Part shown: piece after piece, positions 21,914 through 34,136 of the stretch
Layout of the letters: each line of letters begins with the position of its first letter
Position numbering within the stretch: position 1 is the stretch's first letter
Assembly: GCA_951406725.2 (NCBI GenBank)
Contig: OX597834.1
Span: 42,160,001-42,224,000, forward strand
Origin: Octopus vulgaris
Lineage: Eukaryota
Reading direction: 5' to 3'
Length of the DNA stretch: 64,000 nucleotides
Position numbers and translations under genes: made by a program
The notes under the pieces: model-generated
Databases searched by the model: none
What the model saw: only the letters and a program-made list of their open reading frames with translations
What the model was told of the DNA's origin: nothing

Positions 21914-22298
21914 GTGGAGGCGCAATGGCCCAGTGGTTAGGGCAGCGGACTCGCGGTCGTAGGATCGCGGTTTCGATTCCCAGACCGGGCGTTGTGAGTG
22001 TTTATTGAGCGAAAACACCTAAAGCTCCACGAGGCTCCAGCAGGGGATGGTGGTGATCCCTGCTGTACTCTTTCACCACAACTTTCTCTCACTCTTACTT
22101 CCTGTTTCTGTTGTACCGGTATTTCAAAGGGCCAGCCTTGTCCCTCTCTGTGTCACGCTGAATATCCCCGAGAACTACGTTAAGGGTACACGTGTCTGTG
22201 GAGTGCTCAGCCACTTACACGTTAATTTCACGAGCAGGCTGTTCCGTTGATTCGGATCAACCGGAACCCTCATCGTCGTAACCGACGGAGTGCTTCCA
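21914..22298 (+). mobile_element. tRNA-derived SINE family C, full-length with TSD
   Basis: Head GTGGAGGCGCAATGGCCCAGTGGTTAGGGC with A/B boxes; TSD AGATAAAAATTTT (21901-21913/22303-22315). Relatives at ~15782-16045 and ~21213-21520. Confidence 0.88.
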
Positions 22299-22597
22299 AG
22301 TAAGATAAAAATTTTAATTTGTTCTCTAGTGTAATACACACTCACACATACTCACCCTGCCACACGCGCACACATATACATATATATATTTCTACAGATA
22401 CACACACATACACACACACACACAAGTAAATTTATATATACGACGGACTTTCACACAGTTTCCCTGTACCAAACTCACCCAATATATATTTGCCGGGTCC
22501 AGGTCTGGGTGGGAAATGATTGTTTAAGGTGTGCGGCGCAGTGAGACGGAACCACCACTACCACAAGAGCGCAAAGCGAGCTGTTTTAAGCACGTAG

Positions 22598-22950
22598 CCA
22601 CCACCACCACCACAGCCACCACCACAACCACCACCACCACCACCACCACCACCACCACCACTACCACCACTACCACTACCACAACCAACCACCACCACTA
22701 CCACCACCACCACCACCACCACCACCACCACCACCACCACCACCACCACCACCACCACCACCACCACCACCACCACCACCGTCACAACCACCACAACCGC
22801 CATCACAACCACCACCTCCACCACCACCGCCACCACCACCACCACCACCACACAACCACCACAACCGCCATCACAACCACCACCTCCACCACCACCACCA
22901 CCACCACCCACCACCACTACCACCACCACCACCACCACCACCACCACCAC
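22598..22950. repeat. (CAC)n microsatellite upstream of copy 2 (equivalents at 43099-43328 and, inverted, 9570-9800)
   Basis: Seen directly. Confidence 0.95.
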
Positions 22951-23205
22951 CAATCCAGCTGCCTCCCCTCCCATCAATCATTCAAATGAGATTAACCAAA
23001 AACATTCAGTCAACAAATTCAACAACTTTTAAACATTACGCTGTAATACACCCCACCTCCCACGCCGCCACCACTAACATCACTTGCGTTCCCCCCAGCC
23101 CCACCCCTGTCGCCACCGCCGTCGTCACCACCTCACCCCGCACTGTCACCACCGTCGCCGCCACCGTTTGCACCACTACCACCACCACCACCACAGCCGC
23201 CTTCA

Positions 23206-23237
<32 letters not shown>

Positions 23238-23426
23238 ACCACCACCACCACTGCCGCCCACCGCCGCCGCCGCTACCCGATAAGAACGACGGCATCGCGT
23301 CTTCCTAGCAGAGACGCTGCTCTCAGAGCGAAACACTTGGCATTCGGCGTTGAAGACGGCAGCAGAGAGGACAAAGCTCGAAGAGAGAAACACGAAAGGA
23401 AAAGCGAAGAACAACGACTGGAAACG

Positions 23427-23442
23427 ATGGCTGCCGGAAAAA
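23427..23442 (+). CDS. BHMT: BHMT-like copy 2 exon 1 (MAAGK + 1 nt)
   Basis: ATGGCTGCCGGAAAAA|GTAAGT; phase matches exon 2. Confidence 0.82.
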
Positions 23443-23969
23443 GTAAGTGTGAAAAAAATGCTCTTATGTTTTTGACTTGTTTGTTTAGCCCCGGGTCAGT
23501 TCTGATCGAGCAGATAGATAGTCTTAGTAATCACTAGCGATATCGCCCGGCGTTGCTCGGGTTTGTAAGGGAAATAACTATAAAGCATTTTTAGAGAGTT
23601 ATAGCAAAAAAAAAACAGCAAAAAATGCATAAAAAATGGAAAAAAAAATTATGGTAAATTTTTTTGAAATAGTTGACTCATCGTAGACATTTTTAGAGAG
23701 TTACTTCCCTTTATTTAAAAAACATGCTTTAAAATGGAAAAAAATTATGGTAAATTATTTTAAAAATCGTAGACTCATCGTAGACGCGTGCTAATACCCA
23801 GAAGGGCTCGATATGAATCACGACTATAAGATACCCGGTTTTGGTTAAACCGCACTGCAAAATGTGGGAGTAGTTAGGAATCTAAATCGTAGGAGACAGA
23901 CACTCACACAACTTCACTTTTATATATATAAATATCAAAAGGATTTCCATCTTCACTTTGGATGCATGC

Positions 23970-24014
<45 letters not shown>

Positions 24015-24409
24015 TGTGCGTGTGTTTGTCCCCCCAACATCGCCTGACAACCGATGCTGGTATGTTTACGTCCTCGTAACTTAGCGGCTCGGCAAAAGTG
24101 ACCGATAGAATCAGTACTAGACTCACAAAGAATAAGTCCTGGGGTCGATTTGCTCGACTGAAGGCGGTGCTCCAGCATGGCCACAGTCAAATGACTGAAA
24201 CAAGTAAAAATCGAAAAGAGTTGTTGGTGTTTATGTTGCTTAACCGTAACTCAGTTCCCGAGGGAGCAGACCTCTCCCCAAGCGGGTTCCCATCGTGATT
24301 ATTCCATTTTTTCATTTAACAGGATGTCTGTGTGTCTCTGTGTGTGCTACTCTGATAATTATTTATATATTTTTTCCGTGTTAATTGTTAACAAGGGAAA
24401 TATACACAC

Positions 24410-24453
<44 letters not shown>

Positions 24454-26100
24454 TAATAATAAATATTAGGGAATAAATCCAAACTTACAGGGAAAAATCA
24501 GATTTAGGATTGAATCCAATTTTATAGTAAAATATTATATTATATTAATTAGAGATAAAACCACTATTAGGCAAATCATACAATGAAAAACTTAAGCCAA
24601 TACATAAGATTATTTAATTTATATTATTTAAATATATAACAAAATTATTAAAAAAATATAATTAATATCACAAGACGATCGTTTCATGCCTGCTAACTTC
24701 TTCAAATTTTTGAGTCGCAGTCATTCATCAGGTGGTTTAAATATTTATCTTGGCGAGGTTTAAACAATATATATATAAGCATTAATAAATCTCTGAGCGA
24801 GGTATAGACAATAGCTGCACAACATCGTGAAGCATATTTCTCGCTTAAATGTGGCTAACTTTTAAGGGTCGATGCTACTGTAGCTTGTAGCCCCAGAAAG
24901 ACATCTCCTCCAACTGGCTATATATATACACTGGCGAAAATAAATTTAAGACCGATGATAAAAGTTCTATTTCTTACAAAATATTTTGTTACTAACACCA
25001 TACAAATTATTTCCATCCTTTACACCTTATGCAGAATTTATTTCTCTTTCGAATGATGCAGTCAAATAACTATTTTCATACAACTTGAAGAATCCTAATG
25101 TTAAATTAATATAAACGTTTCAAATTTACCAGCAAAATTAGTTTAAGACCGTATCATTATAATTATATTTATATATAAGGTAATCATTATTATTAGTTTA
25201 TATCTTGGAGGAATAGAATTATATTAGCGGAATTGAAATTACAAAGGGTTTATATAAATTCTTCAGTGAGAGGTACATCTTGATGTCAAAAGTTATCAAT
25301 GTTGTATATTATATTATATTATATTATATAGTTTTGCTATTCTATGATTTGATTATGTATTTATCAATTACTTAAATTTAGAGAACTTATATTTTCCCAT
25401 GTGAATACAAGAAACATTTTTCTCTTTTCGTAAGTAGGGAATTATTAGCCGTAACTTAGCGGTTCGGCCAAAGAAACCGATAGGATAAGTACGAAGCTTT
25501 TGAAAAATAAGTACTGGGATCAATACATTTGACTAAAAAAATTTCGAGATGGTACCCCAGCATGGCCGCAGTCGAACGACTGAAGCAAATAAGGGTGGAA
25601 AATATGATGATAGTATGACAAGTAGAAAATAAAAGAGAATAAAAAAACAAAATGTTATAAGAAAGAAAAGAAGAATTTATAAAACAATCCAAAACATTTT
25701 CGGTTAAATAATATTGTTGCTGTTTTTGTTTTTTCTTCTCCATTTTTTGTCTTTCTAGGTTTACAAGACCGTTTGAGTGCTGGGGAGAAAGTATTTGCTG
25801 CGGAGGGTTACATGTTCGAGTTCAACAGACGTGGATATCTGAAATCTGGTGCAATGGTACCGGAAGTGGTCATAGAACACCCAGATCTTGTGAAAAATAT
25901 GCACGAAGAATTCGTCCATGCAGGAAGTGACGTCGTTCTGGCTTTCACTGTACGTTTACAGCACTCACACACACACACATGCACAAACGCATATACGCAT
26001 GCATATACACACGTACAATAATCCCTCAACTCTCGCAGGTGTTACGTTCCCAAACCCTCCCACGACAGGTGAAAATCCACGAAGTAGAAACAGTACTATA

Positions 26101-26141
<41 letters not shown>

Positions 26142-29100
26142 TAAGGAAAAAACTTTTTAAAAATGCAGAATGCTCAAATGAAAGAAAATTTTAATAAAAT
26201 GAGAAAATGATAAAATATATAAATATATATTTATTCAACCGGTTTTCGTCATTGTATGACTTGTCAAGAATATTTATGTTTTAAGAAGTTTTTTTAAAAA
26301 TTAGAAAGGGGAAAAAAAGAAAATTGCATTGTTTTTTGTAAAAGAATAATGATAAAAATGTACAAAAATTAAAAAATAAGTTCTCCGATACATTGTGAGT
26401 TCGTTGTGTATCTTGAGTTTTATGGTTGTTTACCAAAAAATTACCTTGAGGTGTTAAGATCCAAAGGGATTAAGAGCATGTGATGTGTTGTGTTGTTAAA
26501 TTCAGCATGTTGCAGGACAGGAAGTAGTAGTAATTGTGGTCCTGGTTCTTCAGTTCCTGTGTTGTGAGTAAGGGAGACAACTCTTTTGAGTTCTTCAATA
26601 AAACCCAAATTATAAAACTATCATTTTAGCTTCATTTGCATTATCTTTTTTATATAATTGCTTGTTAACTTAACTTTCAGATTTTAACACTTTATTTATA
26701 TTATTTTCTAATAATATAAAACTGCATAGACAATTGCATTTCAAATTGTCATATCATTTATAATAAAAATGATAGTAATAACAACAATAGTGAAAATGAT
26801 ATTTAAAGAATATAAGTTTTAGCTTGAAGTGATGAATGCATGGTATCTTTATATATTTGTGTTAGTCCATCCATGAAGAGTGAGGTAGAGAAAGGAAGTT
26901 TGATCAACGAGGAGTTTGCATATTAAGTTGTGTTTGGAATTTTTCAATAAAGAGATTCTCCTTGTTAATTCTCTCCTGTGTGGTGATCCCGTCTTTACAT
27001 TGGTAGAAGGGGAATATATAGAATTTGGGGTTTAAGTCTTTAGCACATGAGTCTAAGTGGTCACTCAGTGGAATTTGTCGGCATTCCGGGAGATTTATTT
27101 GTTCTTTATGCACCGTTACTCGTTTACGTAACGGGAGACTCGTTTGTCCCACATAATTATGTTGGCAACCAGCGCATGTGAGAACGTAGATAAGGTTCTC
27201 GGAGGAACAGGAGAAGTTAGTCTTGATTTTAAACTTCGTACCTTGTTTGAAGGTAAATTCAGAGCCTTCAAGTAGAAAGGGGCAGGTACCACAGTTTGAG
27301 CGTGCACATTCTTTTACTGTTGGGGGTGGATGTGGTGTGTGAAGTTTGGCATTTGTCAAGAGTTTTTTTAAAGATTTGTGTTGCCTTTTGCATTTGAGGA
27401 TTTTGTGTGTATTTATAATGTTTTTCATTTTTGGGTCTGTTGACAGTAGACTGAGGTTTTGTATGATTGTGGTGTATGCTTCGATATTTTTGGGGTTGTG
27501 GGTGGAAATGTATGGAAGTATTTTGAGGTTGTGTGTGGTGTTAGGTTGGGTGGTTATCAGTGTAGTGTTGTCTAGTTCTTTGGCGCGTTTTATTCCATAC
27601 TCTATAAGGGTGGAGGGATATTGACGTTGTAATAGTGTTTTTTTGAGGTCTTGAAGGCGTATTTCTCGTGTTTTTGGATCCGAGACAATGGTGCATACCC
27701 TTTTAGCTAAATTGAAAGGGATATTTGTCTTGGTGTGTTTTGGGTGGCATGAACTAAAGAGGAGGTATTGTTGTGAGTCTGTAGGTTTGTGGTAGATGTC
27801 TGTTATGATTTGGTTCTTAGGTGTTTTTATAATTAGGAGATCAAGGAATGGGAGATGATGTTTGCTTAATTCCATAGTGAATTGGATGTTGGGATGTATG
27901 TTGTTTAGTATGGTTTTGAATTCCAGGAGTTTTTCATAAGGTTCTTTCCATATGATGAAACAATCATCTAAATACCTTTTCCAGTTTTCCATTAGGTAGG
28001 TGTGGAAAACATGTCCAAATTTCTGGCTTGATATTTCATAGAGTGACAGTTCGAAGTAACCCATTATGAGGTTCGCAAGGACTGGTGCAGCCTTGGTACC
28101 CATCGCAATGCCACATTTTTGACGGTAGTGTGTGTCGTCGAAGAGAAAAAAATTGTTTGTCAGAATGAACTTAAGAGATTCTGTAATAAAAGACTTGTTA
28201 ATGCGGTCAGGGAATGTCTCTGGGTGTTTTTCTAGCCAGAAGTCAATTGCCTCTATACCATACTCATGTGGAATGTTGGTGTAGAGGTTGATGACATCAA
28301 AGGATACCAGGAGTGCCTCCTCGTTAACTGTTTTCGGGAGGTGTTTGAGCATGTCCAGATCATCCCTAATGAAACTTTTGATGTGGGTAAGGAAAGGTTT
28401 CAAAAGGATGTCTAGGAAGTTACTCAGGCGGTGTGTTTCCCGTTACGTAAACGAGTAACGGTGCATAAAGAACAAATAAATCTCCCGGAATACCGACAAA
28501 TTCCACTGAGTGACCACTTAGACTCATGTGCTAAAGACTTAAACCCCAAATTCTATATATTCCCCTTCTACCAATGTAAAGACGGGATCACCACACAGGA
28601 GAGAATTAACAAGGAGAATCTCTTTATTGAAAAATTCCAAACACAACTTAATATGCAAACTCCTCGTTGATCAAACTTCCTTTCTCTACCTCACTCTTCA
28701 TGGATGGACTAACACAAATATATAAAGATACCATGCATTCATCACTTCAAGCTAAAACTTATATTCTTTAAATATCATTTTCACTATTGTTGTTATTACT
28801 ATCATTTTTATTATAAATGATATGACAATTTGAAATGCAATTGTCTATGCAGTTTTATATTATTAGAAAATAATATAAATAAAGTGTTAAAATCTGAAAG
28901 TTAAGTTAACAAGCAATTATATAAAAAAGATAATGCAAATGAAGCTAAAATGATAGTTTTATAATTTGGGTTTTATTGAAGAACTCAAAAGAGTTGTCTC
29001 CCTTACTCACAACACAGGAACTGAAGAACCAGGACCACAATTACTACTACTTCCTGTCCTGCAACATGCTGAATTTAACAACACAACACATCACATGCTC

Positions 29101-29478
29101 TTAATCCCTTTGGATCTTAACACCTCAAGGTAATTTTTTGGTAAACAACCATAAAACTCAAGATACACAACGAACTCACAATGTATCGGAGAACTTATTT
29201 TTTAATTTTTGTACATTTTTATCATTATTCTTTTACAAAAAACAATGCAATTTTCTTTTTTTCCCCTTTCTAATTTTTAAAAAAACTTCTTAAAACATAA
29301 ATATTCTTGACAAGTCATACAATGACGAAAACCGGTTGAATAAATATATATTTATATATTTTATCATTTTCTCATTTTATTAAAATTTTCTTTCATTTGA
29401 GCATTCTGCATTTTTAAAAAATTTTTCCTTACTTATCATTTCTCCACGTGCGGTCAACACAACCCCACCATATATTGA

Positions 29479-29516
<38 letters not shown>

Positions 29517-30123
29517 GTTGTCCGGAAAGTTCGTGCCGATTTATAGTAGCTTACCTTTTGACTTATTTTAGAACATGGCTGAGTCCATGAAATAGGATTT
29601 GACTACACCTCCATTTAGAGCACAGTTTAAGCTATCTTTTCGTGGAAGAGGGTTTACGTTCCTATAACCAGTGTTAATTCTGTAACCCTTTAAAATGGAA
29701 GATAAGAAAGTTCATTTTCGGCACTTTATGCTTTGGGAACCAGACAAAAATTGCTGCAGCTCGGTTGGGATGTGTTGCCCCACCCTCCATATTCACCAGA
29801 TATTGCTCCTGCGGATTTCCACTTCTTCAGGTCTCTGTAGAATAGTCTTAATGGTAAAAATTTCAATTCCTTGGATGACGTAAAAAGATACCTTGATGAA
29901 TTCTTTGCCATGAAACCACCTCAGTTCTGGGAAGAGGGTATTTTCAAGTTAAAGGAAAGATGGACACGCATTGTATAACAAAATGGTTCATATTTGGTTG
30001 ATTGTATGTGTATGTATTTATATAAACATATGTGTATAAATATATAATACACACATATATAAAAATATGTGTATGTATTTATCGTTCGCTCCCTCTCTGT
30101 GCATATATATAAATATATGTATG

Positions 30124-30156
<33 letters not shown>

Positions 30157-33100
30157 TTATATATATATATATATATATATATATGCATACACACACAAAC
30201 ATATATATCAAGTTTTGCATTTTCCATTTCTACCCCACCCGTATTGCCTTATATGGAATTTGCAGCAAACGCTGCATTTCTTAATACATCTCTTCCCACC
30301 CTCAATCGCCACAATTCATATAATCTACCTCTACCCACGGGTTAAACATTGTGGAAGGTTAATATCCTATACGGTATGCGTCGCAACCCACAAAGCTGTC
30401 TAGCTTCTATAGATTACACGTTGCGTACATGTGCCCCCGTCTTTTGTGTACGATTTTTGAGCAGGTCTTTGACCTAAAATGTTATTGTTGTCGGGACTAG
30501 CGCACAAAAACCAGCTCAACGTTTTACTTTTTGAGCAGAATCGTAAGTACGCCGGGCGAAATGTTAAGCCGTATTTTGTCTGCCGTTACGTTGTGAGTTC
30601 AAATTCCGCCGAGGTCGACTTTGCCTTTCATCCTTTCGGGGTCGATAAATTAAGCACCAGTTACGCACTGGGGTCGATGTAATCGACTTAATACCTATGT
30701 CTGTCCTTGTTTGTCCACTCTGTGTTTAGCCCATGTGGGTAATAAAGAAATAGGTATTTTGTCTGCAGCTACGTTCTCAAATGAAATTCCGCCGAGGTCC
30801 ACTCAGCCATTGTTGGGATTTTGCTTTGTCTATTTCTTTTGCGTTTAGTTTAACCTAGTATTTACCATAAAAAGGCTTTTCTTGCCATCGTTTTCTCATG
30901 ATCCGTTGCTGTCCCAGTTTTAGTTTAGATTTCAGTTGTTTTACAGCTTTTGTTGGTTCTTCTTTTTCTTCATAGTTGTTAGTTAGTATGGCTTCTTATT
31001 TGTATTTGTCAGCTTCCTTAAAGACTGTAAACTGTTTTTCATTTTGTTCGTGTTTTGTGGCTATTTGTATTAGTTTTCCTTGCTTCTGAAGCAGGTAGCT
31101 TTGCAGTCCTATGGTGCTTAGTTTGCAATATTCTTTTTAGCTGTATAAGGTCTCTACCACCTTTTATACCTTGTATATATAATCTTTCTATGTCAGATTT
31201 GGGGTGGTGCATCCTCAATCCTGTCATTATTTTTCTTGTTTTCATGTCTATTTTGATTAGCGCATTTCGTGTCCAGTTAAGGATATTGCAGCTATAATCG
31301 TGTTGAGCACCAATTCATTCGGTCTGTTATGCTCTGGGACCTGATTTGTTTGGGTTGGAAAATCCCAGAGGATTTTGCTAATCTCCGACTCCGCCACTTT
31401 CTACAATTTGTGCTTATACCACGTGTTACCTGTCTGTAGCCCCACTTTTCGCACAATTTCCAATATACCACTTTCACTACCTCATTGATTCGCTACAACT
31501 TGTAGTGGTTTTGATCAAGTCTTGGGCATTCGTTCGTGACATGAGCAATGGTTTCATCAACTTTATTACAGATGCAGAACAGCGGAGACATTTGCACATT
31601 CCTGAGGTCGACCGTCCAATTGGTGGCCAAAACCTGGTCTTACGCAGCTAGTATAGTGCTCTTAGCCTCTTTTTTCAGTGTTCCTTTCTTCAGCCAATCC
31701 GCCCTATGTTTTCGAGCAACTTCTATTGCCGTTACATGGAATTGATTGTGTTGTCTCTTGTTGAGTAATTCTTCTTTATGTCCTTTTGTATTTCTTCCTT
31801 TGTTCTTTCCTTTTTTTTCACTGCTTTCAATACTCCCTCATTCCTAATTGACACTGGTAAAGCTTCCTTACTTTGGGCTAGGTATTTCATTAAGCTCTCG
31901 AGTTCGAAAAGCACGCAGCTTTCCACACTTATCAGTCCCCTTCCTCCATTTGCTCTCTTCATGTAAAAGTGATCAGTGTCTGCACATGGATGATGGGTTC
32001 CATGCATCGTTAGGAGCTTTCTTGACTTCCTGTCCATCTCCTTTAGTTCCTCCTCCTCTCTCCACTTCAGGATCCCAGCGCCTTACGGAACTACTGCGAC
32101 TGCGTCCGAGTTTATTGCCGAAATTATGTTTATTGCTTTGAAGCTTTGAAGCCAATATTTTTCTCCCTCGCCGCAGGGACACATTCTTTGTCTTTTCTTT
32201 CGGGTCGTGTTTAATTCCATCTGCCGCAAGGATTCCCAAGTATTTATAACTGGAATGAGGTTTAACTGCCTTCATCATTTCATCACTTGGCATCCATATG
32301 ACTTCTGTCCTGACAGGAACTCCGTCTTAACATTCTAGAAAATCCTATTGTCTGTTTACCTATTACAACTTTATTGTGAATCCATATTTTGTTTTGTTTT
32401 TTTTCTGCCCACAGTATTATGGTAACCGTCACAAGATGAGCGTAGTCGGACGTGAGAACGAAGTGGAACAGTTGAACAGAAAAGCTCTGAGAATGGCACG
32501 CGAAGTGGCTGATAACACAGGGACTTTAATGGCGGGGAACTTAAGCAACACCACTGTTTTCGACCCCAGTGACAAGGATGCTGTAGATACAACCAACGCT
32601 ATGTTTAAGGTTGACATCTATTTATTGAAAGTCTTTTACTGAATTGGTTTCCAGGTTGTGCATTTTGTTTTCTATATTTTTAATCGTTTAGCCTGGAAAA
32701 GAAAAGAATAGATGAGGATACCTTTTTAAGGGCCTTAGGAACTGAGAGAACAAAGGCCCGAATCTTGCAACCGAGTGGTCCCCGCTGTGGTCTCCGAAGG
32801 ACCAGAGAGTGGTATTAAACAGGGAGACAGGCTTAGTGTATAATCAAGGAGCTAAAAATGCAAAGAGCCTCAAATATATTATTATTAATATTAGGAAGTC
32901 AATATCAGAAAACTCTTTAGAAAGTTACACACGTGTGAAAAATAATTGTTGTAGTATTAGAAATATATAAATAAATAAATATAAATATGTATAAAAAATA
33001 TATGTAAATATGCATGAGTATAAATATATAATGTATTTGACAGTTTAAAAGAGAGACCAAATAGTTTAAACTGTCAAATACATTATATATTTATACTCAT

Positions 33101-34066
33101 GCATATTTACATATATTTTTTATACATATTTATATTTATTTATTTATATATTTCCAATATTACAACAATTATTTTTTACGCGTGTATATCATTCTGGGGA
33201 GTTTTCTGATATTGACTTCCTAATATTAATAATAATATATAATTAAAATATATATGTAAATAATCGCTCGTATTAATTATATAAATACTTTAAAGGTATT
33301 AAAACTTTGATACAATACAGCACTCAATATAAATTCAGGATATAATATTCTCATTGAACATATTTAACTAAAGATTTATATATATATATATATATATAAT
33401 GCAATAAAAATGGTAAATAATTTTCTGTGATTTTTCATGTAACCAACAATTATTTACCGGTAAATTTCGGTATGTAAATACGACAAATTCATCGTCAGGA
33501 ACTTTGTAAGGTTCAGTATATAGTAAAAGTAAATAAGATGGCTAGCAGCAGGCTGTTTCGCCTCATACCGAAGGAATTAGAAATGGCAGTCAAAGACTGT
33601 TTTTTCCATTTTCCGAAAGTGGAGATTCCAAAAACGAAGGCCCGTGTATGTGAGCCGCACGGGCCTTCGTTTTTGGAATCTCCACTTTCGGAAAATGGAA
33701 AAAACAGTCTTTGACTGCCATTTCTAATTCCTTCGGTATGAGGCGAAACAGCCTGCTGCTAGCCATCTTATTTACTTTACTATATATATATATATATATA
33801 TATATACATACATTTGTGTGTGTGTGTGTGTGTTTATACAACGGGCCTCTTTCGGTTTCCGTGGGCTAAATCCTCTCACAAATCTTTGGTGGGTTCGAGG
33901 CTATAATAGAAGACACTCTGGGGCGGCGTTTGAGCTCGAAACGTCTAAGGCTTTCCCACTTTTTTGGTCTCTCATTGGACGTCAAACATAGTGTTATACC
34001 TTGTTTTACCTGCTTTGTGGTTATTCGAATCATTTTCTCTCTCCCTCTCTCTCTCGTATATATATG

Positions 34067-34136
<70 letters not shown>

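Larger units (their letters stand above)
19750..22331 (-). mobile_element. Decayed Chapaev3-like DNA transposon with three nested SINEs
   Basis: Minus-strand remnants ICVDLKMVNFLPGEQAGYTKYSCFLC*WDSRA and IKLGLINQYAKTLD...LSSKKIKAEI; terminus CACTAGAGAACAAA near 22331. Family assignment from memory of the motif. Confidence 0.6.
26137..29480 (-). mobile_element. Penelope-like retroelement, 5'-truncated, with an inverted copy of its 3' part (in BHMT copy 2 intron 2)
   Basis: RT + GIY-YIG ORF on minus strand; 28438-29436 is the reverse complement of 26137-27136; flanked by (TA)n on both sides; absent from the same intron of copy 3. Confidence 0.93.

Noticed and set aside
21914-21990. tRNA-like sequences at SINE heads
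   Set aside because: A/B boxes are present but the cloverleaf is incomplete, and they continue into SINE bodies with TSDs.
28431-28670. 79-aa plus-strand ORF
   Set aside because: It is the inverted copy of the Penelope GIY-YIG C-terminus, not a separate gene.
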